DNA of 64,000 nt from Candidatus Saccharimonadia bacterium (GCA_038230095.1 JBBRNT010000003.1:9811-73810); one strand, 5' to 3'; shown: positions 1 through 8,891, counted from the first letter of the stretch. Notes: generated from the sequence alone by a model not told the origin. Numbers and translations are program-made.

Positions 1-1
1 G

Positions 2-112
2 GCTACGGCTATCTACGAGGATGACAACCTGGATTTGGAGGCGCTCCAAGAAGCACTGGCCGAGGTCATTTCCGAGCGCCTGCAGGTGACATTCCCCGCT
101 ACCACTTCCTAG
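2..112 (+). CDS. 3' end of an upstream gene (C-terminal fragment ...IYEDDNLDLEALQEALAEVISERLQVTFPATTS*)
   Basis: Open frame running in from the window edge to TAG at 110-112; followed by a hairpin at 129-152. Confidence 0.3.
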   Translation, partial: ATAIYEDDNLDLEALQEALAEVISERLQVTFPATTS

Positions 113-128
113 AACTAGAACAGCCATA

Positions 129-156
129 ACGGCCAGGTATTTGCCTGGCCGTTTAC
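129..156 (+). terminator. hairpin terminator (acggccagg-tattt-gcctggccgt) with weak T-tract
   Basis: 9-bp inverted repeat directly after the partial CDS. Confidence 0.4.
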
Positions 157-238
157 AATTACGATCGGGTGCCTTGAAGCAGAGCGCGTTTTCTGCTAGG
201 ATAGGCCAGTTATTTACGCTACTATTGGCATCTATCCA

Positions 239-250
239 GATCTCATACAA
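239..250 (+). promoter_or_regulatory. tRNA-Asp promoter -10 (atctcaTACAATag)
   Basis: TACAAT at 245-250, 17 nt upstream of tRNA 5' end; same ATCT..TAYAATRG motif found before rnpB and several CDSs. Confidence 0.4.
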
Positions 251-267
251 TAGCGAGTCGACAATTT

Positions 268-344
268 GGGGTTGTGGTGTAGAGGCCTAACATGTCTCCC
301 TGTCACGGAGAAGATCGCCGGTTCGAATCCGGTCAACCCCGCCA
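268..344 (+). tRNA. tRNA-Asp (anticodon GTC), CCA encoded
   Basis: Cloverleaf: acceptor ggggttg/caacccc, anticodon arm tctcc-ctGTCac-ggaga, T-arm gccgg-ttcgaat-ccggt, discriminator G + CCA. Confidence 0.9.
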
Positions 345-346
345 TG

Positions 347-377
347 AAAAGAGCGTCACGAAAGTGGCGCTTTTTTC
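347..377 (+). terminator. rho-independent terminator (agcgtcac-GAAA-gtggcgct + T6)
   Basis: 8-bp stem with GNRA loop followed by TTTTTT; a near-identical copy occurs at 1242-1267. Confidence 0.75.
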
Positions 378-397
378 ATGGCTAGATTCACAGATTT

Positions 398-506
398 GAG
401 AACCGGCGAGGCCGGTTCGGCGTAGCGAGGTGGCACGCAGGAATGTATTCCGAGTACAACCGAGCGGAGAAGGACGCAGTCCGCTACCCGGTCAACCCCG
501 CCAACC
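398..506. repeat. repeat element R3 copy A (gagaaccggcgaggccggttcgg ... gtccgctacccggtcaaccccgccaacc); 3' part duplicates 16 nt of the tRNA-Asp 3' end
   Basis: Shares a 23-nt head and 19-nt tail with 2505-2550; contains ccggtcaaccccgcca identical to tRNA-Asp 329-344. Confidence 0.5.
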
Positions 507-585
507 AGTAATTGGGGTTTTACGAAGCCTCTTTGTTGTTCTCCCCTGGTCCTAACTGTCTTGACGACTCTGCTACGATAGAAGT

Positions 586-1101
586 ATGGAGCACGCACAT
601 CACAACATGGTTGCGAGCGAGCACTCGCCAAAAGAGATAGCCAAGTTCATCCTGGTGCTACTCGGCATTACGAGCGCATCTCTCCTGCTCACTAACTATT
701 TCGGCCCACAGACCTTCAGCGGGTTTATGCGCTGGTTCATGGGTGTATTCTTCCTGGTTTTTGCCGCTTTCAAGTTTCTGGGCTATGCCATGTTCGTCGA
801 GATGTTTGCTGGCTACGACGTTGTCGCCAGGCGGTCATCGCTGTATGCCAAGCTTTATCCTTTCATCGAACTATCACTGGGGTTACTGTATGTTTTCGAC
901 TTGGGTAGCACAGGTCGGGATGTGGTGACGCTGCTCATTATGGCTGTCAGCTCAGTCGGGGTGTACGGTGAAATAAGAAAGCGCAGTGGTATCCACTGCG
1001 CTTGTCTCGGTAACATCATCAAGCTGCCACTTAGCACTGTCAGCCTTGTCGAGGACGCCGGTATGGCCCTGATGGCCATTGCTATGCTGGCGCTACGCTA
1101 A
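586..1101 (+). CDS. small polytopic membrane protein, DoxX/MauE-like (CAC motif in a TM segment)
   Basis: 171-aa ORF, 4-5 hydrophobic helices; ATG with upstream purine-rich stretch. Confidence 0.45.
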   Translation: MEHAHHNMVASEHSPKEIAKFILVLLGITSASLLLTNYFGPQTFSGFMRWFMGVFFLVFAAFKFLGYAMFVEMFAGYDVVARRSSLYAKLYPFIELSLGLLYVFDLGSTGRDVVTLLIMAVSSVGVYGEIRKRSGIHCACLGNIIKLPLSTVSLVEDAGMALMAIAMLALR

Positions 1102-1206
1102 AGTATGAGTAGCATTGGGTATATCGAGACCCATATTGCGGAACACCGATACACAGTTCATATGCAGCCTTGCCAGCACGATAATTAACGCTACAACGCC
1201 GTTATA

Positions 1207-1240
1207 GTTCGAAAATCGTTAACCAGCTCCCGCCAAGAAA
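1207..1240. repeat. degenerate copy of tRNA 3' half (agTTCGAAaatcgttaaccagctcCCGCCA)
   Basis: T-loop-like TTCGAA plus ...CCGCCA end, immediately followed by the same terminator that follows tRNA-Asp. Confidence 0.45.
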
Positions 1241-1241
1241 A

Positions 1242-1267
1242 GAGCGTCACGCAAGTGGCGCTTTTTT
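1242..1267 (+). terminator. rho-independent terminator, second copy (agcgtcac-GCAA-gtggcgct + T6)
   Basis: Near-identical to 347-377. Confidence 0.7.
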
Positions 1268-1301
1268 CTTGGGATAACGACTCACACTAAACGAGAAATA
1301 T

Positions 1302-1330
1302 TGACATATAGGGTAATATATGATTATATA
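1302..1330 (+). promoter_or_regulatory. sigma70-like promoter TTGACA-17-TAATAT
   Basis: Consensus -35 at 1302-1307, -10 at 1325-1330 in an AT-rich spacer upstream of the 1391 CDS. Confidence 0.55.
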
Positions 1331-1390
1331 TTATAACTAATTCTAAAGGATTAGCGATTGGGGGAATCCCCACGACCCTTGAGGAGCATC

Positions 1391-1777
1391 ATGACAACAC
1401 TCTCACTGGACCAAAGCGTGGTCGAGAGCATCTTTCTCGACTGCCTTTTTAAGGATGGCGAGGTCAGCAGCAACCACGTGTTGGCCGAAGGCATCACCAT
1501 GACGGTCGGGTTCAACCCCGGTCGAATCGAAACTCATAAGGCCGAGATTGAGGCTCTCTTGGACGAACTGCCGGATCAATTCCAGGCATCCGGTGGTGGT
1601 GGCTGGTCGTTCCTTAACGCATGCGAGGACAAGCATGGCAACCTGTGGACGGGCCTGCACCGTCGCATGGAGCAGCTCTTCCTGCTTGGCATCGCAATTG
1701 GCAAGGTCGAGTACCAGCTTCCTCGTGACATGTGGGGCGCCCTACCTGGCGGCATGCCCTACCTCGTGGTCAAATAG
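1391..1777 (+). CDS. hypothetical protein (128 aa)
   Basis: ATG 1391 preceded by gaggag (1381-1386); maximal ORF begins at 1358. Confidence 0.5.
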   Translation: MTTLSLDQSVVESIFLDCLFKDGEVSSNHVLAEGITMTVGFNPGRIETHKAEIEALLDELPDQFQASGGGGWSFLNACEDKHGNLWTGLHRRMEQLFLLGIAIGKVEYQLPRDMWGALPGGMPYLVVK

Positions 1778-1863
1778 CCATAACAACCCCGCATGGGGCG
1801 CAGCAACACTAGTAATGGTGTAAGCCTCGCTCCGGCGGGGTTTTCACTTTTATGGCCTAACAA

Positions 1864-1893
1864 TACTTCGAAAATCGTTACCAGCTCCTGCCA
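1864..1893. repeat. second degenerate copy of tRNA 3' half (acTTCGAAaatcgttaccagctcctgCCA)
   Basis: 27/29 nt shared with 1207-1240. Confidence 0.4.
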
Positions 1894-1937
1894 CAGGAAA
1901 TTCCTCACCCCACGATGGGCATTTCAATTCGCCGAGT

Positions 1938-2399
1938 GTGATTGCACTTATGCTGAATACGCACTATATTGTGGCTATGATATTCGTTATCCTTGCTATC
2001 CTCGTCTGCGCCTACGAGTCATTAACCAAGGGCTGGTTCATATTCTACATGATACCCTTGGCCGTCATAGCCTTTCCGCTGACACTCACGCTCCAGGGGC
2101 TATCGTTTCGCTACCAGAGCCGCCTGGCCGACCCAGCTCAACTGATCAAGATGCGCAATATCCAGATCGGGGCTCTCCTGGCTCTCTACGTCTTTACACC
2201 TGGGGTAGGGGACACCAGTGAGGTGCTACTCTTTGGGTTCTATAGCACAGACAGCACAGCTTTGATCGGTATGTCTATGGTGCTTGCCTGGCTCGCCGCC
2301 ATTGCTGCCCTCTATGCCACCATTCGGTTGTTCTATGCGGTAGTTATGGCCGGGAAGCTCCCCGCCAAGCAGAGCCAACCCAAGCTCACAAACCCGTGA
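1938..2399 (+). CDS. hypothetical integral membrane protein (153 aa)
   Basis: GTG start at 1938 (alternative ATG 1950); 4 predicted TM helices; hairpin at 2464-2490 downstream. Confidence 0.5.
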   Translation: MIALMLNTHYIVAMIFVILAILVCAYESLTKGWFIFYMIPLAVIAFPLTLTLQGLSFRYQSRLADPAQLIKMRNIQIGALLALYVFTPGVGDTSEVLLFGFYSTDSTALIGMSMVLAWLAAIAALYATIRLFYAVVMAGKLPAKQSQPKLTNP

Positions 2400-2504
2400 A
2401 ATTATAGGTTGAGCTGAGAAATAGTTCTACCTTAATGCGCTCGAGCCCGCCCACAAAAGTCCGTCACCAGCGTGGTGGTCTTTTCTTTGTAACTCGAATC
2501 GGAT

Positions 2505-2550
2505 GAGAACAGGCGAGGCCGGTTTGGTGGAGTCCGCTATCTGGTTAACC
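2505..2550. repeat. repeat element R3 copy B (gagaacaggcgaggccggtttgg-tgga-gtccgctatctggttaacc); copy A minus its central ~60 nt
   Basis: Head and tail match 398-420 and 479-497. Confidence 0.45.
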
Positions 2551-2595
2551 AGGACGGAAGGCTTGTCGCGGCCGGGCGGCGTTCTCGGAGCCTAG

Positions 2596-4278
2596 TTAGA
2601 GCCTAACTACCACGGCACGACCGTCGGTAAAGAACCGGTCTCCACTGGCATTCTGGCCTAGCTCGGGGGCCACGACTTGCAAGAACTCTGAGTCCTGTGC
2701 GCCCAGGGAGCCAGCAATGTAGCTACGCTCAGCGTCAACATTGGGGTCAATGTGGTGCGTGGGGAGCCTAGCTGGCCCGGCAAACTCTATACCTTCATCG
2801 AAGCTGGCGGTGGCAACCCAGATAGGCCGACCATCGGGCAGGGCAAAATCTGTCCGCCAAATCCGGGTGTGGTGACGCTGGCGGAGGGTATTGCTGGCCG
2901 TGGGTTTCTCAAATGCCAGGTCCTGAGGCTTGGCTAGTAAGTAGGAGGGCGTGACGGGGGCCGATAGGTACTGGCCACCCTGGAAGCCAACAGCTACAGC
3001 CCGAAGGGTATTAAAGAGCGTCGAGGGGTCGGCCTTGGTCCAGCCAGCCTGTTCGTAGCGCTGTTTTATCTGGTCCTCGTAGCCCACGTAGATGAATCCA
3101 ATAGGCTCCATATGCGCGCCAGTCAGGGTCTCACTGTACAGCGGCAGCTGGCTGGTGGTTTGCTCGTTGAGCGCTGCCAGCATCCTGTAGCCTGGCGTGG
3201 CAAGAGATACAGTGGGTCGGATAAATATTGGCGCGAGGATAATGCTAAATACCGCGATCGCGAGAGGCACAAAGAGCAGCTTTCGCGCTGGCACTATTGC
3301 TGTACGCTGCCCCCATAGCTGGTAGCGGGCAGAGAGCTCCAGGCAAGCAATAATAATCGTAAGTAGGAAGCCACCAAAAAGCACACTCGCCAAAACGTCA
3401 CTCGGGTAGTGGACGCCTAGGTAGATACGACTCAGGCCAACGAGAAAGACCACGGTAAGGTACGTCGCAGCAATAACAAGCCGGGCCAGCGTGGATTGAA
3501 GCGACTTGTAAAGAAAATAGGCCAACAGCCCATAGAGGAGCGTGGCGCGGAGCGCGTGGCCGCTGGGGAAGCTGGCACTGCTCTCGTGGATGAGGCTTAG
3601 ATAATTTTCAGGCCGAGTACGGCCAACCAGGTGCTTCAATAGAGTGGCTATGAGTTCCTCGGCGACAAACACCGCGGGCAACAGGGCAGCCAGGTATTTC
3701 TGGCCACATCGCCACAGTACCCACCCGAAAAGCGCAGTGAGTACTATCATGGTTTGCCAATTCGCTAGGAACGTAATAATGCTAAAAAAGCTGGTTTGCG
3801 CGGACGGCCGGGTGCTGGGTACTAGGTTGATCACCCGGGTGTCGATGCGAGTGAGTACCTCTTTGAGAAGCACCTGCCGGGTAATGCCAGCAAAGCCCAT
3901 AAGCCAGGCCAGGGCGATAGCGATAGCTACGGTTAAGCCGGGGCCAGTGGGGGAGGCAATGTCGAACCGCCGACGGAGCCAGCTAACCACTGGCGATTTA
4001 CTGCGCAGTATGGTGCGGATGTAACTATTCTTTTGGATGCCGTCCCAGGCAGAAACCAGAATGGAGCCGACTATTTGCAGTGGTTTCCACAGTATGACGA
4101 CCAGGCTGTGAATGAAGGTGAGTGCGAGGATGAGCTGGAGGAGGATAGCCATAGCGAAGAGCGCCGGGGAACCAAATACGTCCCAAGTTTTGGCTAGGTA
4201 TAGATTGATTGCTGACAAGATGATGGCAAGGGCTGATAGTACTAGGTAGGCTCTGAGCTTGAGGTGGGGTTTGTTCAT
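2596..4278 (-). CDS. membrane-bound PAP2-family phosphatase with large C-terminal extracytoplasmic domain (LssY-C-like)
   Basis: PAP2 motifs KX6RP (GRTRPENY), PSGH (SFPSGHA), SRX5HX3D (SRIYLGVHYPSD); about 8 TM helices N-terminal. Confidence 0.8.
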   Translation of the reverse strand: MNKPHLKLRAYLVLSALAIILSAINLYLAKTWDVFGSPALFAMAILLQLILALTFIHSLVVILWKPLQIVGSILVSAWDGIQKNSYIRTILRSKSPVVSWLRRRFDIASPTGPGLTVAIAIALAWLMGFAGITRQVLLKEVLTRIDTRVINLVPSTRPSAQTSFFSIITFLANWQTMIVLTALFGWVLWRCGQKYLAALLPAVFVAEELIATLLKHLVGRTRPENYLSLIHESSASFPSGHALRATLLYGLLAYFLYKSLQSTLARLVIAATYLTVVFLVGLSRIYLGVHYPSDVLASVLFGGFLLTIIIACLELSARYQLWGQRTAIVPARKLLFVPLAIAVFSIILAPIFIRPTVSLATPGYRMLAALNEQTTSQLPLYSETLTGAHMEPIGFIYVGYEDQIKQRYEQAGWTKADPSTLFNTLRAVAVGFQGGQYLSAPVTPSYLLAKPQDLAFEKPTASNTLRQRHHTRIWRTDFALPDGRPIWVATASFDEGIEFAGPARLPTHHIDPNVDAERSYIAGSLGAQDSEFLQVVAPELGQNASGDRFFTDGRAVVVRL

Positions 4279-4423
4279 ATAAGCATAGTGTAGTACGGAA
4301 CGCTATGAGGAGGAAAGCAGCGAGCCTGGCTTGGGCTCAGGCGTAGAAAAGTGCGTCGTACTGCTGGTGGTTCTTCTAGGCATTGGCCTTTGCAGAGCCA
4401 TCTTTCTCTGGTATCCTTGCCCA

Positions 4424-5029
4424 ATGCCGAACCAAACGCTTCGTATTGTGGTAGTTCCTGGTCTTGATGATGGCAAGTACAACATTCTTGGTCTGGTGTC
4501 CCGCATCTGGAATAGCGACCAGGTTCAGATCTATCCGTTGCCGGTAGGTTGGCGCAATGGTGCCTCCTACAAACGCAAGCTGGCCACGTTGCTGGAGCTG
4601 GTGGATGAGCTACTGGCGACTGGCGATCCGGTGGCGATTGTGGGCATTAGTGCCGGGGCTAGCCTAGCGCTCAACGCTTACACCCTCCGCCCCCGACTCC
4701 TCGGTATGGCCAACCTGTGTGGCACCCTGCGCTTTGGGCTTGCGCCGCCGGCGTCCCTGACGCGCCGTGCCTGGGCTGTCCCGGCCTACCACGACTCGGT
4801 GCTAGCCTGCGAGGTGACCCAAGAGAAACTGACGGTGGAGCAACGCCGGCGAGTGCTCATAATGAAGCCGCTGCGTGACGGCATTGTGCCGCTTGCGACC
4901 ATGACGCTCCGGGGCGCCAAAGAGCACCGGGTGGTGGGAGTGAACCACTCGCAAAGCATTGTGACAGCTCTGCTGCTGTACCGCCGAACTATGGTGGGGT
5001 TCTTCCAAGATCTCCTACAGACTGCATAA
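4424..5029 (+). CDS. alpha/beta-hydrolase fold protein (GISAGAS nucleophile elbow)
   Basis: GxSxG motif and beta-strand IVVVPGLDD at N-terminus; start uncertain (maximal ORF from TTG 4331, first ATG 4424). Confidence 0.6.
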   Translation: MPNQTLRIVVVPGLDDGKYNILGLVSRIWNSDQVQIYPLPVGWRNGASYKRKLATLLELVDELLATGDPVAIVGISAGASLALNAYTLRPRLLGMANLCGTLRFGLAPPASLTRRAWAVPAYHDSVLACEVTQEKLTVEQRRRVLIMKPLRDGIVPLATMTLRGAKEHRVVGVNHSQSIVTALLLYRRTMVGFFQDLLQTA

Positions 5030-5058
5030 GTAAGGCGCCACGTAAGTGGCGCCTTTTT
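5030..5058 (+). terminator. rho-independent terminator (ggcgccac-GTAA-gtggcgcc + T5)
   Basis: Perfect 8-bp stem, GNRA loop, T-run; immediately after TAA 5027-5029. Confidence 0.8.
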
Positions 5059-5091
5059 CAAATGCGTTGCTCACCTCTGACGGCGACAAGC

Positions 5092-5100
5092 TGGTATAAT
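5092..5100 (+). promoter_or_regulatory. extended -10 promoter ctgGTATAAT
   Basis: TGnTATAAT; member of the recurring ATCTGGTAYAAT motif family. Confidence 0.45.
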
Positions 5101-5127
5101 TTGGTTAAGTATAACGATGGGGCGCAG

Positions 5128-5832
5128 GTGGGCGAGAGACCAGAAAAATCAACTCCTGGCGATTGGCAAAGCGGGCAGAATGAATACGCTGAGCTTGGCG
5201 TAGCTGAACCGCATAAGCCTGATCAAACGCTGCGTACCGACAGGACACTAGAGCAGTACCGAACTGTTTTTGGTCAAGAGCTGGGTACTCGCGACGAGCT
5301 CATTCTTGATCTGGGGGCGGGCGATGCAACGATGGCCGACGAGCTGGAGGAGTTGACTAGTCATCGGGCGACTGTGGTGCGCTTCGACCGCGATTATCTG
5401 GACCATCCACCAGATGGTGAGGCGATTGCTATTACCGGTGACGCTACACGCATGCCGTTTGCCAATGACGTCTTTGACAGAGTGGTGAGCCATAATATGA
5501 TGTACTATCTCGGCCGAGATAAGGGCGCCGAGGCATTTGCTGAGACCTTACGGGTGCTGAAGCCTGGGGGCGAGGCGGCAATCTTCCCAGCCAAGCCACT
5601 TTCCCGTGTCGATTCGGATATTGCCCATACGGAAAGGCATGCCGGCGTGCTTTTCCCGACACTCCTCGTGACAAAGCCAGCGGATTTCTCCAGCTGGACA
5701 AATGAGCGCAAGGCGGAGGTATATCGTGAGTTATCTCGTGTGGTCACGCCAGGCGCCACATTGGACCGTCTCATACACTGGAAGATGGCGCGTGCTATCG
5801 GAAAGCGTGGCACGCATAGAAAAAGCCTGTAA
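5128..5832 (+). CDS. class I SAM-dependent methyltransferase (type 11-like)
   Basis: Motif I LDLGAGDA, motif post-I/II; start uncertain: ORF opens at ATG 5062 inside the terminator T-run, first in-frame start after the -10 is GTG 5128. Confidence 0.6.
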   Translation: MGERPEKSTPGDWQSGQNEYAELGVAEPHKPDQTLRTDRTLEQYRTVFGQELGTRDELILDLGAGDATMADELEELTSHRATVVRFDRDYLDHPPDGEAIAITGDATRMPFANDVFDRVVSHNMMYYLGRDKGAEAFAETLRVLKPGGEAAIFPAKPLSRVDSDIAHTERHAGVLFPTLLVTKPADFSSWTNERKAEVYRELSRVVTPGATLDRLIHWKMARAIGKRGTHRKSL

Positions 5833-6100
5833 CATGCCATACATTACTCGGGCATAGCCACTCCGGTAGTTTGGGCTAGTCCCGGCTGCTTACAGCCGGG
5901 AATGGGCGCTTTCTGTATGGGCGTCCAGTGTGCCAAAAAAGCATTTCATAGATGGCTTTTAGTAGCATAAATACTTTTTTAATCGAGAGTAACCTCATGC
6001 GGCTATGGACACAGGCGCATTTTAGTGCTTAAATAAGCCTCATTCTATCCAGAAGTACCTCGTCCGGAACAAACCGCGGCGAATTAGGGAGGAGAGTCCT

Positions 6101-6580
6101 GTGGCATGGTTCAAGAAACGCCCTACCCCCATTCTACCCAGCGCGGCAGCAGCAGCGCGGTGGTGGGCAGACCACCTGCGGCAGGGATATAACCGCTTCC
6201 AGGTGGATGACAGCTCTCCGACTGGGGGCTTTATCACCGCAATGGGGGCCGTGGCACATGCGGGCCGTGGCAACGCACCCACCAAAGACCAGATCGACAG
6301 CTTCGAATTGTGGCTTGCCACGTCCATTAGCCGGGAGCTATTGCGACTGACAAAGGCGTACAACAATCACAACCTTGATTTCGTGCCATACGTGGACCTG
6401 GGTGTCGATTACAGCCCCAAGGGCTTACTGCGTCAAGCGCTGATCGAGAGGGATCTGTTCGACCACTCCATGGTCATGCCCACCAAGTCCCACATGACCG
6501 TGACTCCCACCGGCGTCCAGGTGATTCCTGGCTACAAGGCCAGCCCGATCGAGCTGGTTCTGGCCGAGACCACGGTGTGA
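6101..6580 (+). CDS. hypothetical protein (159 aa)
   Basis: GTG start with gggaggagag RBS 7 nt upstream; palindrome ggcccgggga-gatttc-tccccgggcc downstream at 6613-6640. Confidence 0.5.
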   Translation: MAWFKKRPTPILPSAAAAARWWADHLRQGYNRFQVDDSSPTGGFITAMGAVAHAGRGNAPTKDQIDSFELWLATSISRELLRLTKAYNNHNLDFVPYVDLGVDYSPKGLLRQALIERDLFDHSMVMPTKSHMTVTPTGVQVIPGYKASPIELVLAETTV

Positions 6581-6721
6581 GTGACATGATCTTAAGATAA
6601 TTGTACGTATGCGGCCCGGGGAGATTTCTCCCCGGGCCGTTATCCGTATGATGTGTCCAGCTTGAAGTAACTGATCCCTCGGAATGAGACATGCCTTAGT
6701 TCGGGGATTTTGCTTTGGGGC

Positions 6722-6750
6722 TTGACGCCAGAAATAGCTAGGAATAAACT
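6722..6750 (+). promoter_or_regulatory. promoter TTGACG-17-TAAACT for the ArsR-family gene
   Basis: -35 6722-6727, -10 6745-6750. Confidence 0.45.
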
Positions 6751-6767
6751 TAACCCTAAGGTTAAGT
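6748..6767 (+). promoter_or_regulatory. operator-like palindrome ACTTAACC-ctaa-GGTTAAGT overlapping -10/start codon
   Basis: Perfect 8-bp inverted repeat ending 1 nt before ATG 6768 of the ArsR-family regulator (autoregulatory site by position). Confidence 0.55.
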
Positions 6768-7109
6768 ATGCAAGACAACACCCCACAACCAACGCTCGAT
6801 GCCCTCTTCCTGGCGCTGTCACACGGCAAGCGCCGGGGGATGGTGCATATGCTGGCGCTGCAACCCGCAACGGTGAGCCAACTGGCGCGTGACCAAGGGC
6901 TGTCGCTACCGGCAATGCATAAGCATATGGCTATCCTAGAGGCAGCCCAGCTGGTGCAGCGTAAGAAAGCTGGTCGTACCACCTTCGTGGCACTCAATCG
7001 GCGTTCGTTGGGCCTGGTGTGGGAGTGGGCCATGCAGTACCGAACCGAGTGGGGGAGCGACCAAGCCACACTAGAGAACTACGTAGCTAGCCTCTCTAGT
7101 CCTAGCTAA
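6768..7109 (+). CDS. ArsR/SmtB-family winged-helix transcriptional regulator
   Basis: HTH signature ...VSQLARDQGLSLPAMHKHMAILEAAQLV...; size 113 aa. Confidence 0.8.
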   Translation: MQDNTPQPTLDALFLALSHGKRRGMVHMLALQPATVSQLARDQGLSLPAMHKHMAILEAAQLVQRKKAGRTTFVALNRRSLGLVWEWAMQYRTEWGSDQATLENYVASLSSPS

Positions 7110-7169
7110 CGGACCAGTATGATTAGTGTATTAATTACAATAACAGCTCGAAAGAGTAAGGAGTAACAC

Positions 7170-7469
7170 ATGGGAAAATACGTTTTCGAATATTACGACA
7201 CCAAGAATATGTCCAAAGAGGATTCAATGCCAGCCTGGAATGCCTGGTTTGGCGCAATGGGTGACAAGATTATGGATGGGGGTAATCCATTTGCAGACGG
7301 TGGCCAGGCGGTAGAGCCATCTGGCGTGAGCACCATCGAGAACTGGCCTTGCACCGGCTACACTATAGTGAAGGCAGATAGTATGGACGAGGCCACGGCC
7401 ATGGCCAAGACCTGCCCCGTGGTAGTGAGTGGCGGTACCGTGCGCGTCTATGAAGCCCTACCTATGTAG
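7170..7469 (+). CDS. small conserved protein, possibly YciI-like/dimeric alpha-beta barrel fold
   Basis: 99 aa, strong RBS gtaaggag; fold assignment is a guess. Confidence 0.4.
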   Translation: MGKYVFEYYDTKNMSKEDSMPAWNAWFGAMGDKIMDGGNPFADGGQAVEPSGVSTIENWPCTGYTIVKADSMDEATAMAKTCPVVVSGGTVRVYEALPM

Positions 7470-7486
7470 TCTGGCCTGATTATGCG

Positions 7487-7518
7487 AAAACGCCCCATCA
7501 TACGATGGGGCGTTTTGG
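7487..7518 (+). terminator. rho-independent terminator (aaaacgccccatc-atac-gatggggcgtttt)
   Basis: Hairpin plus flanking A/T tracts; bidirectional shape. Confidence 0.8.
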
Positions 7519-7530
7519 TTATGAGGATGA

Positions 7531-7578
7531 GAAACCCCCGTAGCAGATCGTGGATTCGATGCACTACGGGGGTTTGGC
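7531..7578 (-). terminator. long-loop hairpin (aaacccccgtag ... ctacgggggttt) downstream of the minus-strand gene ending at 7582
   Basis: 12-bp stem. Confidence 0.5.
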
Positions 7579-7581
7579 CTG

Positions 7582-8136
7582 CTAGTAGCCACGGGCGGCC
7601 CGGCGGGCTCGGCGACGGGACCAGCCCTGGGTTCTGAGCCACTTGGCGCCGCGTCGACAGCGTTGCCGTCTGGCCTGGTCCTTCCAGAAGAAGGGGAAGA
7701 GCGGTTCCCTGGCGGAGGCTTGCCAGGCTGCCCGCCGGACGGCGTGGTCTGACTTGCCGCCGAGGAGCCTGCCAAGCGCGAGCACGGTCAGGTTCATTAC
7801 TAGTCGCCAGGCCAGGTAGACCCGGAATCCAAGCCAGTACAGCGACCAGAGCGCCCAGACTGTGTCCCAGCTCTGAAGCACTGCAGCTACCACGGCGATT
7901 ACTGAGTAGGCCACGGTGATAAACGCCAGGTACTCGCGGGTGTCCGGTAGCACCGGGCTCCACCACCGCAGGAAGGCCCGCAGGTGCTCGCGCGGGGTGA
8001 GGCTGCCAAGGGCGGGCTCTTTCGGCTTGTCTACGCCGTCGTCGAACAAGCTGTCGTAGGGTACCGGTGTGGCCAAAGTCATTCGATTGACCTCGTGGCT
8101 GAAGCAGATAGGGCAGAGCCGACTATCCTTTCCCAA
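7582..8136 (-). CDS. hypothetical membrane protein with N-terminal CPICF zinc-ribbon-like motif and Arg-rich C-terminus
   Basis: 184-aa ORF, 2-3 TM helices. Confidence 0.5.
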   Translation of the reverse strand: MGKDSRLCPICFSHEVNRMTLATPVPYDSLFDDGVDKPKEPALGSLTPREHLRAFLRWWSPVLPDTREYLAFITVAYSVIAVVAAVLQSWDTVWALWSLYWLGFRVYLAWRLVMNLTVLALGRLLGGKSDHAVRRAAWQASAREPLFPFFWKDQARRQRCRRGAKWLRTQGWSRRRARRAARGY

Positions 8137-8391
8137 CCCCGAAACTAGCCGGGGTAGCTGGGGATTGTCGGCCGGAAAGGTGTGTCGCCAACCGCAACTG
8201 CGGCAGGTTTCGTATCCGAGAATTAGATCTGTGTTGTAAATGGCCTCCTTGGGGCTTGGGGCGCGTTTGCCTTGTGATAGGTATAGCCCGTGAGGTGATG
8301 GAAGTCAAGATTGGCTGCTGGTTATGCTTGGCGTAGGCCGACAACTATGTCACTATAGGCTCGTTCCTTACCATCGAGACAGGAGGCCACT

Positions 8392-8658
8392 ATGGCCGAT
8401 CATCACCAGCTGGGCACTGCGCAGCAACGAATGGGCCCATTGACGGGCACCGGTGGGGTGAGTGTTGGGTTCCCCGTTGAGTGTGGGAGCTGCAGTGTGC
8501 GGTTCGTGGTGGATGAAAGAAAACTCCGCGGTGCGCACGATGTGCACAATCCATACGTGCGCGAGCTGTGGTGCCCTTGCTGCGGTAGCAAGCTGCCGGC
8601 CAAACCCGTGGGGCATCACGTGATGCGCCCCATGCCATTGTTTGGATTGGACGACTGA
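8392..8658 (+). CDS. small zinc-ribbon protein (CxxC...CxxC)
   Basis: aggagg RBS; ATGA overlap with the next gene. Confidence 0.5.
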   Translation: MADHHQLGTAQQRMGPLTGTGGVSVGFPVECGSCSVRFVVDERKLRGAHDVHNPYVRELWCPCCGSKLPAKPVGHHVMRPMPLFGLDD

Positions 8659-8891
8659 TGCGCAGGGTTGGGGGGCGTACCCCGAGAAGTGGCACAACAG
8701 TACCGGTCCCAGTTGATTCGGGGACCGAGCCGTGCCCATACTGTGAAGACGTGGTAACCGCCCTTGATTTAGCTGCGCAAAAGGCGCATATGGAAGCGTG
8801 CCATCCGGAAGTCATAGAGCGGCGTCTGAGCGAGAATGGATTTACCCGTCTGCCCGACGGTAGCGTCCATGACGACTGGGCGTCCGACTAG
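8658..8891 (+). CDS. small C2H2-like zinc-finger protein (CPYC...H-x4-HP)
   Basis: tgATG overlap with upstream gene; paralogous to 9535-9732. Confidence 0.5.
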   Translation: MRRVGGRTPRSGTTVPVPVDSGTEPCPYCEDVVTALDLAAQKAHMEACHPEVIERRLSENGFTRLPDGSVHDDWASD

